DNA of 61,637 bases, the filler included, from Candidatus Woesearchaeota archaeon (GTDB lineage: Archaea > Nanobdellota > Nanobdellia > SCGC-AAA011-G17 > CAYFGV01), in the NCBI GenBank assembly GCA_964342845.1. It is 5 parts of 5 records of this genome, joined end to end, with 100 filler letters (N's around TTAATTAATTAA, not from the genome) between each part and the next. Parts side by side here need not be neighbours in the genome. Positions count along the whole stretch, not along the records: positions 14,157 to 27,614 come from CAYFGV010000017.1; positions 27,715 to 40,297 come from CAYFGV010000018.1; 3 more parts are not named here. One strand, given 5' to 3'. This document shows positions 18,490 to 28,481 of this stretch, piece by piece. A program made the position numbers and the translations under genes. How positions within the stretch are numbered: the first letter of the stretch is position 1; each line of letters starts with the position of its first letter. Below the pieces are notes generated by a model. The model was not told where the DNA came from, did no database searches, and saw only the letters and a program-made list of their open reading frames with translations.

Positions 18490-18897
18490 TTATTTTTTTG
18501 GTTGTAATTTAGGTAGACTGATATGCGGAGGTAGATTTACCTCTTGCGACAATGTTAATGCTTTAATGTTACACTTTGCTAATATTGTGTTGAAAATTAA
18601 AGGCATTATTTCGTTTGGTAGTTTTTGGTCTTTTTTCCATTCTTTTAGGATGTTATCTTTTTCTTTTTTTTCTGCTAAATAAAGAATATGTCCTTTTATT
18701 GAGATATTTCCTAATTTAGGTTCGTAGTCTATTTTGTATTTGAAATTTAATTTTAGAACGTCCTGTTCAGAACCAAAGGTTATTTTTTCTGTTTCTATGT
18801 CTGTTATTCCTAAGTCGTTTTTAATTTGTATTTTTCCTTTTATTGCGCTTGTTTTTTCAACATTTATTTTATCTAGATTAAATCCTATTATTGGCAT
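18490..18897 (-). CDS. Hypothetical protein
   Basis: 135-aa ORF co-oriented with argS; GGTGA RBS. Confidence 0.75.
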   Translation of the reverse strand: MPIIGFNLDKINVEKTSAIKGKIQIKNDLGITDIETEKITFGSEQDVLKLNFKYKIDYEPKLGNISIKGHILYLAEKKEKDNILKEWKKDQKLPNEIMPLIFNTILAKCNIKALTLSQEVNLPPHISLPKLQPKK

Positions 18898-18942
18898 TTT
18901 TGAATCACCAAAAATATGGAAATAGAAGTGATATATAAAGCT

Positions 18943-20595
18943 TTACATTTCTTCTGGGGCTTGGATTGCTAGAAGGCTTAATCCTTGAGATATGATTTCT
19001 TTTGTTTTATTGACTAGAAGGAGTCTTGCTTTTTGAAGTTCTTTGTCTTCTGATATACAAGGACAGGAATGGTAGAAATCATTGAATATATGGGATAGTT
19101 CTAAGAGGTAGTGAGCTAATAAGCTCGGTTTGTATTGTTCTGCTGAAGCTTCTATTGTTTCTGGGAATTTTGAAATTTTCGAGATTAGGTTAGATTCTTT
19201 TATATTTGATAATAAGTTGTAGTTTATTTTATCTGTTATTTTTGTTTTTGCTTTTTTTAAGATTGAGGAAGCTCTTGCATGTGTATATTGTATATAGGGT
19301 CCTGTGTCTCCTTCGAATGATATTGCTTTGTTTATATCGAAGATTATTTCTTTGTTTGGGTCTTGTAGAAGCATGTCGAATTTAATTGCTGCTGAGAAGA
19401 TTGCTTGTTGTGCTTTTAATTTTCTTTGTTTAGACCATTCCTTATGTCTTTTATTTATTTCTTTGTCAATTATTTTAATTAGATTTCTTTTGATTTCATT
19501 GTAAAGTATTATTTTTCCTTTTCTAGAAGACATTCTTCCTTCTGGAAGGTGGACTAATCCATAAGATAGATGGAAGCATTTTTTTGCTTGTTTGTAACCT
19601 GTTAGTTCTAATAACTTGAATAACTGTTTAAAATGAAGATTTTGTTCTGAGCCTACTACATATATAGATCTGTCTAAGTTATATTCTTTTATTCTTTGTG
19701 TTGCCATTGAGAGGTCTTTTGTTATGTACATTGCTGTTTTATCTGTTCTTAGGAGAACTAAAGTGTTTAAATTATATTTTTCTAGGTCTGCTATTATTGC
19801 TCCTTCTGATTCTTCTGCTATTTTTAATTTTAAGAGTTTGTTTACTATTTCTTTTCCTGTTTTTGTGAATTTAGAATCGTAGTAGATTTTTTTAAATTTT
19901 ACCTGTAAGTCTTTGTATATTTTGTTAAAGTGGTCTTCTGAGTGTTTTAAATTTTGTTTGTAGATGTTTAAATATTTTTTATCTTTATTTTCTAGTTTTT
20001 TGTGTATTTCTGATGCTTGTTGTTGAAATGTTTTATTGTCTAGTATTTTTTTTGATGCTTCTGCATAGGTGTTTCCTAGTTGCTCTCCTTTGTCTTCTAA
20101 TTCTTTTGTTTTTAGATTTTCTATACCCCATATACAAGTTGCTACATGTTTTCCTGTGTCATTGTAGTAGTTAACTGGAACTGTTTTGTATCCTTGTTGA
20201 GTTAGTAGTCTATTTATTGATTCTCCTAAGACTGTGTTTCTTAAATGACCTACGTGAAATGCTTTGAAAGGGTTTGGATTTGAGAATTCGATCATTATTT
20301 TTTCTTTTTTTCTTTTTTGTTTTTGTTTTTGGGTTAAGATATATTCTTTTTTAATGTAAAAGTTTAGATAGGGTCCTGTTGCTTGGATTTTTTCTATTTG
20401 TGATGGTTTTGGTAGTTTTGCTAGTTGTTTTGCTATTTCTACTGGTGGTTTTTTTAGGGTTTTTGCTAAGATGAAGCAAGGGAAAGCATAGTCTCCTAAG
20501 TTTTGTGGTGGTGTTTCTATTAGATTAGATAGTTTTTCTTTTTTTAATTTAGTGTGTTTGTTTAGTAAGTTTATTATTTGTTGTTTTGGAGACAT
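18943..20595 (-). CDS. argS: Arginine--tRNA ligase
   Basis: GDYAFPCF, NPFKAFHVGHLRN (HIGH), RMSSRKG (KMSKS), GDTGPYIQYTHAR. Confidence 0.97.
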   Translation of the reverse strand: MSPKQQIINLLNKHTKLKKEKLSNLIETPPQNLGDYAFPCFILAKTLKKPPVEIAKQLAKLPKPSQIEKIQATGPYLNFYIKKEYILTQKQKQKRKKEKIMIEFSNPNPFKAFHVGHLRNTVLGESINRLLTQQGYKTVPVNYYNDTGKHVATCIWGIENLKTKELEDKGEQLGNTYAEASKKILDNKTFQQQASEIHKKLENKDKKYLNIYKQNLKHSEDHFNKIYKDLQVKFKKIYYDSKFTKTGKEIVNKLLKLKIAEESEGAIIADLEKYNLNTLVLLRTDKTAMYITKDLSMATQRIKEYNLDRSIYVVGSEQNLHFKQLFKLLELTGYKQAKKCFHLSYGLVHLPEGRMSSRKGKIILYNEIKRNLIKIIDKEINKRHKEWSKQRKLKAQQAIFSAAIKFDMLLQDPNKEIIFDINKAISFEGDTGPYIQYTHARASSILKKAKTKITDKINYNLLSNIKESNLISKISKFPETIEASAEQYKPSLLAHYLLELSHIFNDFYHSCPCISEDKELQKARLLLVNKTKEIISQGLSLLAIQAPEEM

Positions 20596-20667
20596 ATTCT
20601 GTTATTGGTTTTGTTTTATTATAAAGGTTTTGGAAAGGTTTAAAAGAGTTTATAGTTTTATTTTTTT

Positions 20668-21639
20668 ATGGGAAAATTACCTTTTGAGAAGAGAAAGCCT
20701 AAAGTTTTGGTTAAAAGAGAAGCTGAGACTAATTGGGATTACGGATGTAAACCTGAAGATAGGAGTGTTGAAGAATTGGTTAGATTTGGGATTGTAAATG
20801 TAAATAAATTAGCTGGTCCTTCTTCACATGAAGTCTCTTCTTTTGTAAAGAAGATTTTGAAGGTAAATAAAGCTGGACACTCTGGGACTTTGGATCCTGG
20901 TGTAACTGGTGTTTTACCTGTGGCTACTGAGAAGGCTACTAGGATAGTTCAGACTTTGTTGAAAGCTGGTAAAGAATATATTTGTTTGATGCATTTGCAT
21001 AAGGATGTTTCTGAGGAAGAGATTAGAGAAACTTGTGGAAGTTTTGTTGGGAAGATAAGGCAACTTCCTCCTGTTAAAAGTGCTGTTAAAAGGCAGGAAA
21101 GAGAAAGAGAAATTTATTATTTAGATATTTTGGAAATTAAGGGTAAAGATGTTTTGTTTAAGGTTGGTTGTGAGGCAGGCACATATATTCGAAAACTTGT
21201 TCATGATGTTGGTGAAGAGTTAGATTGTGGGGCTCATATGGCTGAGTTAATTCGTACTAAGGCTGGACCTTTTAATTATCATGACTGGGTTAGTTTGTAT
21301 GAGTTAAAGGATGCTTATGAAGCTAAGGATGAAAAAGAGATAAGAAGGATTGTTGGTGTTGTTGAGAAAGGTGTTGAGCACTTGAAAAAAATTTGGATTT
21401 TAGATGGAGCAGTAGATACTTTGTGTCATGGAGCTAATTTAGGTGTTCCTGGTGTTAGTAAGTTAGATGATGATATTTCTAGAGGTGATTTAGTTGCTGT
21501 TTTGACTTTGAAAGGAGAGTTGGTTTGTTTAGGAGAGGCTTTTATGGATTCTAGGAGTATAATGGATAAGTCTAGAGGTTTGTGTGTTAATGTTAAGAAG
21601 GTCTTTATGGATAGAAAAGTTTATTTGAAATATTCTTGA
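20668..21639 (+). CDS. cbf5: RNA-guided pseudouridine synthase Cbf5 (TruB family, PUA domain)
   Basis: GPSSHEV, KAGHSGTLDPGVTGVLP, GCEAGTYIRKL. Confidence 0.96.
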   Translation: MGKLPFEKRKPKVLVKREAETNWDYGCKPEDRSVEELVRFGIVNVNKLAGPSSHEVSSFVKKILKVNKAGHSGTLDPGVTGVLPVATEKATRIVQTLLKAGKEYICLMHLHKDVSEEEIRETCGSFVGKIRQLPPVKSAVKRQEREREIYYLDILEIKGKDVLFKVGCEAGTYIRKLVHDVGEELDCGAHMAELIRTKAGPFNYHDWVSLYELKDAYEAKDEKEIRRIVGVVEKGVEHLKKIWILDGAVDTLCHGANLGVPGVSKLDDDISRGDLVAVLTLKGELVCLGEAFMDSRSIMDKSRGLCVNVKKVFMDRKVYLKYS

Positions 21640-21699
21640 ACTAGGTAAAATATAGAATATATAGATTAAGTATTTATTATTATATATGCACATATATTT

Positions 21700-22023
21700 A
21701 TGGTAGAAAGTACTCTTAGAGAACACTGGGAGAAATGTGTAAATAATCTTGAAAAACATTTACCTAATTTAGAAGGTTCTAAAGAAGATATAGGTGAATT
21801 ACGGATCGAATATCAGCGTCTTAATCAACTTGTTAACCTTATGTTGTTAGGAGAAAATGGATTTAAGAAATTTGGTGTTGAGGTTAATAATTATTTTACA
21901 GGGGAGTGGTTTGAAGAGTTGGGTGTTGAAGTTGATGATTATTTAATTGAGATTTTAGAAAAATATAGAGGTATACAGAGATTAGAAAAATATTTAGAAA
22001 GGTATAAGAATTTAATTAATTAA
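21700..22023 (+). CDS. Hypothetical protein
   Basis: 107-aa ORF with ATG start. Confidence 0.55.
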   Translation: MVESTLREHWEKCVNNLEKHLPNLEGSKEDIGELRIEYQRLNQLVNLMLLGENGFKKFGVEVNNYFTGEWFEELGVEVDDYLIEILEKYRGIQRLEKYLERYKNLIN

Positions 22024-23955
22024 TTGATAAATAACTAAGAAGCATTCTTTGAAGTTTGTTATGTTTATGAAGTTTTTAAGTATATTATTGAAGTATTCTG
22101 TTGTATTTTTTTCTGGGAATTTTTTGTCAAAGTTTATGGAGAGATAGTTTACTTTTTCATAGCAAGAATATTCTTGTAGGTTTGATAATAGTTTGTAATT
22201 TGGAGAAAGACTGAATTTATCTTGGTTTTGTTGAAGTATTTGTTTTTTTGTTAGATTTTTTACTATATCATAGATTTCTGAGAATTGTAGTTGTGAATCT
22301 GAAAATAATTGCGAGGGTGTGAATGTTTTAAGGTTTAAGGCTGATTTTAAAACTTTTAATTCTGATTGGCTTACTTGTAGTTCTGGAAGTTTTACTCCTC
22401 TTGAGGTTTCTATGTCTGTTATTATTTCTGAAGTTGATTTATTAATTAAGAAATTGTGGTCTTTTGTAGAATATAAGATGCAAGGGACTAGGCCTGTTTT
22501 TATTTGTGCGTCTGGGTGGATTAGTTTTAGGTCTTTTATGGAGGTCTTTTGTTGGATTATTGGGAGTAAGTCTTCTTGGGTTTTTTCTTCTGATATTATT
22601 GTTGTTGCTTCTCCTCCGTGTTTTGTTCTTCTTGGTCTTACTTTTACGAATATCGGAAGGTCTACTACTCCTGTGATCATTGCTGTTCCTATTGGGATGT
22701 TTCTGATTTCTTTTTCTGTTTCTAATGTTATTCCTTCTACTGAATTTGAGATTGATTTTATGTCATTAGGGTTTGTTACTTTTAGAATTATTTGTGTTGT
22801 TGCTTGTGATAATGCTGATTTGTCTACTCTTGAAGGTCTTTGTGTGATTAAGGCAACACCTAAACCGAATTTTCTACCTTCTGCAAATACTTGTCTTATT
22901 ATTGGTGAAGATTTTGCTTCTTTAAAGTTTCTTTCTGGTACATAGTTGTGTGCTTCTTCTAATACTAAAAAGAAAGGAGGTATGTTTCCTAGTTTTCTTT
23001 CTCTAAATAAGTCTGATAAGAGTTTGTAGACTATAACTTCTTGGAATTCTTGGGGTGTTCCTTTTAGGTTTATGATTGTTAGTTGATTTGATTTTATTAG
23101 GTCTTGTAATGGTGTTGCGTAGTCTGAAAACATGTTTGATGATTTAAGGTGTTCTAGAATTGAGATTAAAGTCCATTTTGCTGGATTTTCTATTGTTTGA
23201 AGTTCTAGGATTAGATTGTCTAGATTTAGGATTGAGGTGTTTCTTAGTGTTGAGTATAAGGCTGCTAGTTGAGAATTTGATAGTTTAGCTGGTAAGAGAT
23301 GTGTTAGTTCTGAAGTTTGAGTGTTGTTTAAGGAGAGTTTTAAAGGTATTGCATCTGTGTTGTATTCTGGTGTTGGTGTGTATTCTTGGATTTGGTCTGC
23401 GTATGCTTTTGGTTTTATATTGAAAGTTTGCATTGCTTCTTTGTCTTTTGGGTTTGGAGATTTTAAAGAAGAATATTCTCCGTGTGGATCTATTATTAGA
23501 ACTGGTACTTTTTTTTCTAAGAGTTCTTCTAAGATTGTTGATACACAGTATGTTTTTCCTGAACCTGATTTTGCTAAGATTGCCAAGTGTTTGGTTATTA
23601 TATTGTTTAAGTCTAGGTGAACTTTTATGTTGTAGTTGTCTAGTAATCCTATGTAGCCTGAAGTTTTTTGTTGTAAACCTAGTGTTTGTTTTATGAAGTC
23701 TGGTTCTGCTAAGAGAATTTCTGTGTTTGGTTTTAATGGTTTTAATGGTTTTCTTAGGATGTTTTTTTCTCTGTAGCCTAGTACAATACAATGTGCTGTG
23801 GTGTCTTGTTCTCTTTCTAGTTCTGTTATTTGTGCTAAGAGGTATTTGTTGTCTTCTGATAGTGCTTGAATATATTGAAATTTTTTAGCATCACCATTTA
23901 CTAAGAATTTGAAAGTCAGGGTTGTTGTTTTTCCTATTATTTTTCCTAAGATCAT
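22012..23955 (-). CDS. HerA/FtsK-superfamily ATPase (DUF87) with a C-terminal wHTH-like extension
   Basis: HAS-barrel-like N-terminus, AKSGSGKT, IDPHGEY, LEEAHNY, EGRKFG...TQRP. Confidence 0.88.
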   Translation of the reverse strand: MILGKIIGKTTTLTFKFLVNGDAKKFQYIQALSEDNKYLLAQITELEREQDTTAHCIVLGYREKNILRKPLKPLKPNTEILLAEPDFIKQTLGLQQKTSGYIGLLDNYNIKVHLDLNNIITKHLAILAKSGSGKTYCVSTILEELLEKKVPVLIIDPHGEYSSLKSPNPKDKEAMQTFNIKPKAYADQIQEYTPTPEYNTDAIPLKLSLNNTQTSELTHLLPAKLSNSQLAALYSTLRNTSILNLDNLILELQTIENPAKWTLISILEHLKSSNMFSDYATPLQDLIKSNQLTIINLKGTPQEFQEVIVYKLLSDLFRERKLGNIPPFFLVLEEAHNYVPERNFKEAKSSPIIRQVFAEGRKFGLGVALITQRPSRVDKSALSQATTQIILKVTNPNDIKSISNSVEGITLETEKEIRNIPIGTAMITGVVDLPIFVKVRPRRTKHGGEATTIISEEKTQEDLLPIIQQKTSIKDLKLIHPDAQIKTGLVPCILYSTKDHNFLINKSTSEIITDIETSRGVKLPELQVSQSELKVLKSALNLKTFTPSQLFSDSQLQFSEIYDIVKNLTKKQILQQNQDKFSLSPNYKLLSNLQEYSCYEKVNYLSINFDKKFPEKNTTEYFNNILKNFINITNFKECFLVIYQLIN

Positions 23956-23989
23956 TTAGGTGGGTTTTTGTTAGAGTTTATTAATGTTT

Positions 23990-25438
23990 TTAGATTAGAA
24001 CTATTTCTTCTCTTTCTAAAGGTGTTTCACAATAATGACATCTTACTTTTAATGGTTCTTTATTTTCTACATAGAAGATAGATTGTGCGAATTCTAAGTG
24101 TTCTGGTCTTGAGATACAGTTTGGATTTTGGCATTGGATGAAATTTTTGATTATATTTGGAAGGTTTACTTTTCCTTTTTTAACTACTTTGTTGTCTCTG
24201 ATTATGTTTACTGTTGCTCTTTCAGAGACTAGTGCTAGCCTGCTTAGTTCTTGTTCTGTTAATTCTTTATCTTTTATTCCTATAACATCTTTTGTTTCGA
24301 ATCTACTTGAATACATGTTTTTAGCATGGATCATTGCTGTTTCTTTGTAGTGTTGTAAGCCTAAGGCTTTTGTTACTTGGAATCCTTTTCCTGATTTTAT
24401 ATGATCTATTAGGGTTCCGTTTTTTAGTTTGTAAAGGAAGTTTTTTCCAATTTTTTGTCCGTTTTTTATTGGAAGATCTATCCAGAGGTTTTCTTGTTTT
24501 TGTTTTTGAGGTTGTTTTCCTTTTAGTTCTTTGTTTAAGATTTTTAATAGGATTGCTTGACGCATGTACATGCCGTTTTTGGCTTGTTCAAAGTATTTTG
24601 CGTGGTTTGTTTGATCTACTTCTGGGTGGATTTCTATATCATGTTTACATCTTGGTAGAGGGTGTAGTATAATTAGGTCTTTTTTTGCTTGAGTTAAGAT
24701 TTCTTTTGTTATTTTGTAGATTCCTGAGACTTTTTTGTATTCTAGTTCTCCTTCTGGGCCTTTTGGAAATCTTTCTCTTTGGATTCTTGTCATGTAGAGA
24801 ACGTCGACTTGTTTTATTGTTTTTTTTAGATCTTGTGTGGTTATTATGTTTTTTTTGAAGTCTTTTATTCTCCATTGTGGCATTTTTAGATTTTCTGGGG
24901 AGACTAGGTATACTTCTATATTATAGTGTTTGAAAGATTGTAGTAAAGAATGAGTTGTTCTTCCGTATCTTAGGTCTCCTACTAATGCTATTTTTAAGTT
25001 GTCTAAGGAGTGTTTGATTTCTTTAATTGTCATTAAATCTAAAAGTGTTTGAGTTGGGTGGGAGTTTGATCCGTCTCCTCCGTTTATGATTGGGATATCA
25101 GAGTTATCTGCTGCGAATCTAGCTGATCCTTCTAAGTTGTGTCTCATTATTATTGCTTTATAGTCGTAGGCTTGAAACATTTTTATTGTATCTTTAAAGG
25201 GTTCGCCTTTTTTAACTGAGGTTCCTTCTGCTCCTGAGAATCCGTTTATGTAGCAGTTTAGGTTTTGAGCTGCTGTTTCAGAGCTTACTCTTGTTCTTGT
25301 TGAATTTTCAAAAAATAAAGAAGCTATTTTTTTGTTTAGATTATGTTGTTTGTTTGTGTTCTTAATTTCTAAAGCTAGGTTGATTAAATCGTCTATATCT
25401 TGTTTTGAGAAATCTTTTATTGAAATAATGTGTTTCAT
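23990..25438 (-). CDS. pyrBI: Aspartate carbamoyltransferase, fused catalytic (PyrB) and regulatory (PyrI) chains
   Basis: FFENSTRT, HPTQTLLD, HPLPR, then GTLIDHI and zinc ligands CQNPNC...CHYC in one frame. Confidence 0.93.
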   Translation of the reverse strand: MKHIISIKDFSKQDIDDLINLALEIKNTNKQHNLNKKIASLFFENSTRTRVSSETAAQNLNCYINGFSGAEGTSVKKGEPFKDTIKMFQAYDYKAIIMRHNLEGSARFAADNSDIPIINGGDGSNSHPTQTLLDLMTIKEIKHSLDNLKIALVGDLRYGRTTHSLLQSFKHYNIEVYLVSPENLKMPQWRIKDFKKNIITTQDLKKTIKQVDVLYMTRIQRERFPKGPEGELEYKKVSGIYKITKEILTQAKKDLIILHPLPRCKHDIEIHPEVDQTNHAKYFEQAKNGMYMRQAILLKILNKELKGKQPQKQKQENLWIDLPIKNGQKIGKNFLYKLKNGTLIDHIKSGKGFQVTKALGLQHYKETAMIHAKNMYSSRFETKDVIGIKDKELTEQELSRLALVSERATVNIIRDNKVVKKGKVNLPNIIKNFIQCQNPNCISRPEHLEFAQSIFYVENKEPLKVRCHYCETPLEREEIVLI

Positions 25439-25494
25439 CAAAAATAAGTTTGGGTTGTAAAGGTTTATAAAGATGGTTGTAGTGTGAAATATTT

Positions 25495-26487
25495 ATGGAA
25501 ATAGTTAGGATTGGGAAGCAGGTTCCTTTAATTGGATGTATTGGTTTTGGGGTTATTGATAGAGGGACGAATTTGCTACAAGTCAGGGCTAGTTCTGCTT
25601 GTAATTTGAAATGTCCTTTTTGTAGTACAAACGCAGGCAATGAAGATGTTCATCCTGTAAATTATATAGTTGATAAAGATCATATGGTTAATTGGGTTAA
25701 GAGAGTTGTTGAATATAAGGGTGTGGATGATGTTGAAGTTAATTTTGATACTGTTGGTGAAGCTTTGACTTATCCTGATTTTGTTGATTTAGTTAAAGAA
25801 GTTTCTAAGATTAAAGGAGTTTATAGAATTTCTATGCAGACTAATGGGGTGTTATTGACTACTGGTTTGTTTAAAAAGTTAGAGAAGTACTTGACTAGAA
25901 TTAATTTGTCACTTCATTCGTTGGATTTTGATAAGGCTAGGGAGTTAAGTGGTTGTAGAAGTTATGATTTAGATAAGATTTTGAATTTGATTAAGTTGAT
26001 TTCTGAGAGTAAAGTTGAATTGTTAATTGCTCCTGTTTGGATGAAAGGTGTTAATGATGAAGATATTAAAGAGTTGATTAAGTTTTCTAAAGAAACTAAG
26101 AGTAGAATTGGTGTTCAGAACTATGAAAAGTATAAGTATGGTCGAAGAATGAAAGGTATTAAATTAATTAATTTTTGGAAGTTTTATAGAGAGTTAGAGG
26201 GTTTGGAGAAAGAGTTTGGTGTTAAATTGAAGTTGAATAGTGGTGATTTTAAGTTTAGGAAGGTTAAGAGGGTTCCTAGGAGTTTTTCTAAAGGAGATGT
26301 GGTTAGAGGCGAGGTTGTTTTTAGTGGTTGGCTTAAGGGTCAAAAAGTTATAAAAGTTGTTGATAAAGGGGATTGGTTTGATTCTAGGGTTGTTAGTGTG
26401 ATTGATTGTTCTGCTGAAGTTGGCGAGTTGATTAGGGTTAAAATATTAGAAAATAAGAACGAAATTTATGTTGGAAAGAAGGTTTAA
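25495..26487 (+). CDS. Archaeal radical SAM protein with a C-terminal TRAM-like domain
   Basis: FGVIDRGTNLLQVR, CNLKCPFC, SMQTNG. Confidence 0.85.
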   Translation: MEIVRIGKQVPLIGCIGFGVIDRGTNLLQVRASSACNLKCPFCSTNAGNEDVHPVNYIVDKDHMVNWVKRVVEYKGVDDVEVNFDTVGEALTYPDFVDLVKEVSKIKGVYRISMQTNGVLLTTGLFKKLEKYLTRINLSLHSLDFDKARELSGCRSYDLDKILNLIKLISESKVELLIAPVWMKGVNDEDIKELIKFSKETKSRIGVQNYEKYKYGRRMKGIKLINFWKFYRELEGLEKEFGVKLKLNSGDFKFRKVKRVPRSFSKGDVVRGEVVFSGWLKGQKVIKVVDKGDWFDSRVVSVIDCSAEVGELIRVKILENKNEIYVGKKV

Positions 26488-26578
26488 TTATTTTCGGGTG
26501 GTTTCAAAAGCTTTAAATAAATTAATTGTTGAATATGTGTTAAGAGATAATGTTCTCTAAAAGATAAAAGGAGGTTGG

Positions 26579-26914
26579 ATGATGATGGCTAAAAAAGGTA
26601 TGGAGAAATACGGTGCATGGGCATTTCTAGTTGGTGTTGTTTTGGCAGTGTTATTTGCTTTTGTTTCAGCAAGTTGGTTGCCATGGGTTTTAGCAGTGAT
26701 TGGTATTGTGATTGGATTGTTTAATATACAAGAGAAAGAAGTGAGTTCGTTTTTGCTAGCTGGTGCTGTGTTAGTAGTTGTAAGTAGCTTTGGCGGAGAA
26801 GTATTTGGTGGAATTAGCTTTTTGAGCGATATTCTAAGTAATATGTTAATGCTATTTGTGCCTGCTACTGTAGTTGTTGCTTTGAAATCAGTATTTGGAA
26901 TGGCTAAAAGATAA
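26579..26914 (+). CDS. Small multi-pass membrane protein
   Basis: Four hydrophobic segments; GGAGG RBS; T-rich terminator-like tract follows. Confidence 0.75.
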   Translation: MMMAKKGMEKYGAWAFLVGVVLAVLFAFVSASWLPWVLAVIGIVIGLFNIQEKEVSSFLLAGAVLVVVSSFGGEVFGGISFLSDILSNMLMLFVPATVVVALKSVFGMAKR

Positions 26915-26970
26915 ATTATTTTTTTCTTTTTTTTAATTAGTTTTTTAAAGGGGTGTGTTTTCTTTATTTT

Positions 26971-27614
26971 ATGGATTTAATGTCTGAATGTTATAAAGGT
27001 GTGGAAGAGATTAGTTTAGATGAAATTAGAGAGGTTTTGAAAGTTAAAGGTTCTAAAGGTGATGGTTTTGTTAGGTTTGAAAGTGATAAAGCTGAAGGTT
27101 TGAAAACTGTTTTGAATATTTTTGAGGTTTTAGGTGAGTTTAAATTTTCTAGTTTTGAAGATTTGGTTTCTAAGGTTTTATCTTTAGATTTTAGTTTTTT
27201 GAAAAATGATTTTTTTGTTTCTGTTAAAAGAGAGGGTTCTCATGATTTTAATTCACAGGATGTTCGTTTGGAGTTGTTTAGGAAGTTATCTGAGAAGTAT
27301 GGTAAGAGGGCTGTTTTTAAAGGATATAAGCAGTGTTTTTATGTTTTGATTAAAGATTCTAGATGTTATGTTGGTAAGTTTGTTTTTGAAGATTTATGTA
27401 AGAGAGGTTACAAGGTTAGAACTTCTAGGGAATCTATTAATGCTTGTGTTGCTAATGTTTTGTTGAGGTTTTCTGGGTATTCTTTGGATGGTTTAGTTGA
27501 TTATTTTTGTAAGGATGGTGTGATTTTGATTGAGGCTGGTGGAGGGTATGCTTTTGATTATCGGGAATGTAATGTTTATTCTACTAAGATAAATGCTAAG
27601 CTTGCTAAGGTTAA
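26971..27614 (+). CDS. THUMP-domain RNA methyltransferase-like protein (truncated by contig end; degenerate motif I)
   Basis: VKREGSHDFNSQD (THUMP), DLCKRGYKV, DYFCKDGVILIEA. Confidence 0.7.
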
Positions 27615-27714
27615 NNNNNNNNNNNNNNNNNNNNNNNNNNNNNNNNNNNNNNNNNNNNTTAATTAATTAANNNNNNNNNNNNNNNNNNNNNNNNNNNNNN
27701 NNNNNNNNNNNNNN
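27615..27714. other. Artificial contig linker
   Basis: N-run/TTAATTAATTAA/N-run. Confidence 0.98.
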
Positions 27715-27749
27715 AGATTGTGGAATTTACAAAAAGGCGGATATATAAA

Positions 27750-28466
27750 GTGAAGTTAGACCAACATTTCTTAATAGATGAAAAGGTAGTTAATAAAATC
27801 ATAGAAGTTTCTGAGTTGAAAAAGGATGATTTTGTTTTAGAGATTGGTGCAGGAAAGGGAGCTTTAACTAAAAAATTAAAGTGTAAGTTTGTTGCTGTTG
27901 AGATTGATAAAAGTTTTAAAGAAGATTTGAAGAGTTTTAATGTTATTTATGATGATGTTTTGAAAGTTATTGATAAATTAGAGTTTAATAAAATTATTGG
28001 GAGTATTCCTTATTATATTTCTGAGCCTTTGTTTAAGAAAATGCTTAAATTAGATTTTGAGCTAGCTGTTTTGCTAGTTGGAAAGAATTTTTATGATGTT
28101 CTTTTAGATAAGAGTAGTAAATGGAATTTGGTTTGTGGTTTGTTTTTTGATGTTAAGAAAATTTTAGATGTTCCTAAAGAAGCTTTTGATCCTAAACCTA
28201 GAACAGAATCTGTTGTTTTAAAGTTTAAGAAGAGAGATAAAAAATTAAGTAAAGAAGAAGAGATAATTAAGGAGTTTGTGCTGCAGGATGATAAAAAGGT
28301 TAAGAATGCTTTGGTGTATTCTTTAGTTAGGGTTAAAGGATTAACTAAGAAAGAAGCTAAGGATATAGTTTACAAATTAGTTCCTTTGAACTTATTAGAG
28401 AAAAATGTAGATTATTTGTCCAATAAGCAGTTTATAAGGGTAGTGGAAAAGATTTATAAAAAATAA
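27750..28466 (+). CDS. rsmA: 16S rRNA adenine dimethyltransferase (KsgA/Dim1)
   Basis: DQHFLID, LEIGAGKGALT, SIPYYIS, FDPKPRTES; the GTG start overlaps the stop of an upstream partial gene. Confidence 0.9.
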   Translation: MKLDQHFLIDEKVVNKIIEVSELKKDDFVLEIGAGKGALTKKLKCKFVAVEIDKSFKEDLKSFNVIYDDVLKVIDKLEFNKIIGSIPYYISEPLFKKMLKLDFELAVLLVGKNFYDVLLDKSSKWNLVCGLFFDVKKILDVPKEAFDPKPRTESVVLKFKKRDKKLSKEEEIIKEFVLQDDKKVKNALVYSLVRVKGLTKKEAKDIVYKLVPLNLLEKNVDYLSNKQFIRVVEKIYKK

Positions 28467-28481
28467 GAGATTCTCTTTTTT

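Noticed and set aside
22319..22945. Long antisense ORFs (also 8540-9085, 28856-29455 and many shorter ones)
   Set aside because: Shadow frames of real genes favoured by the extreme codon bias; no motifs.
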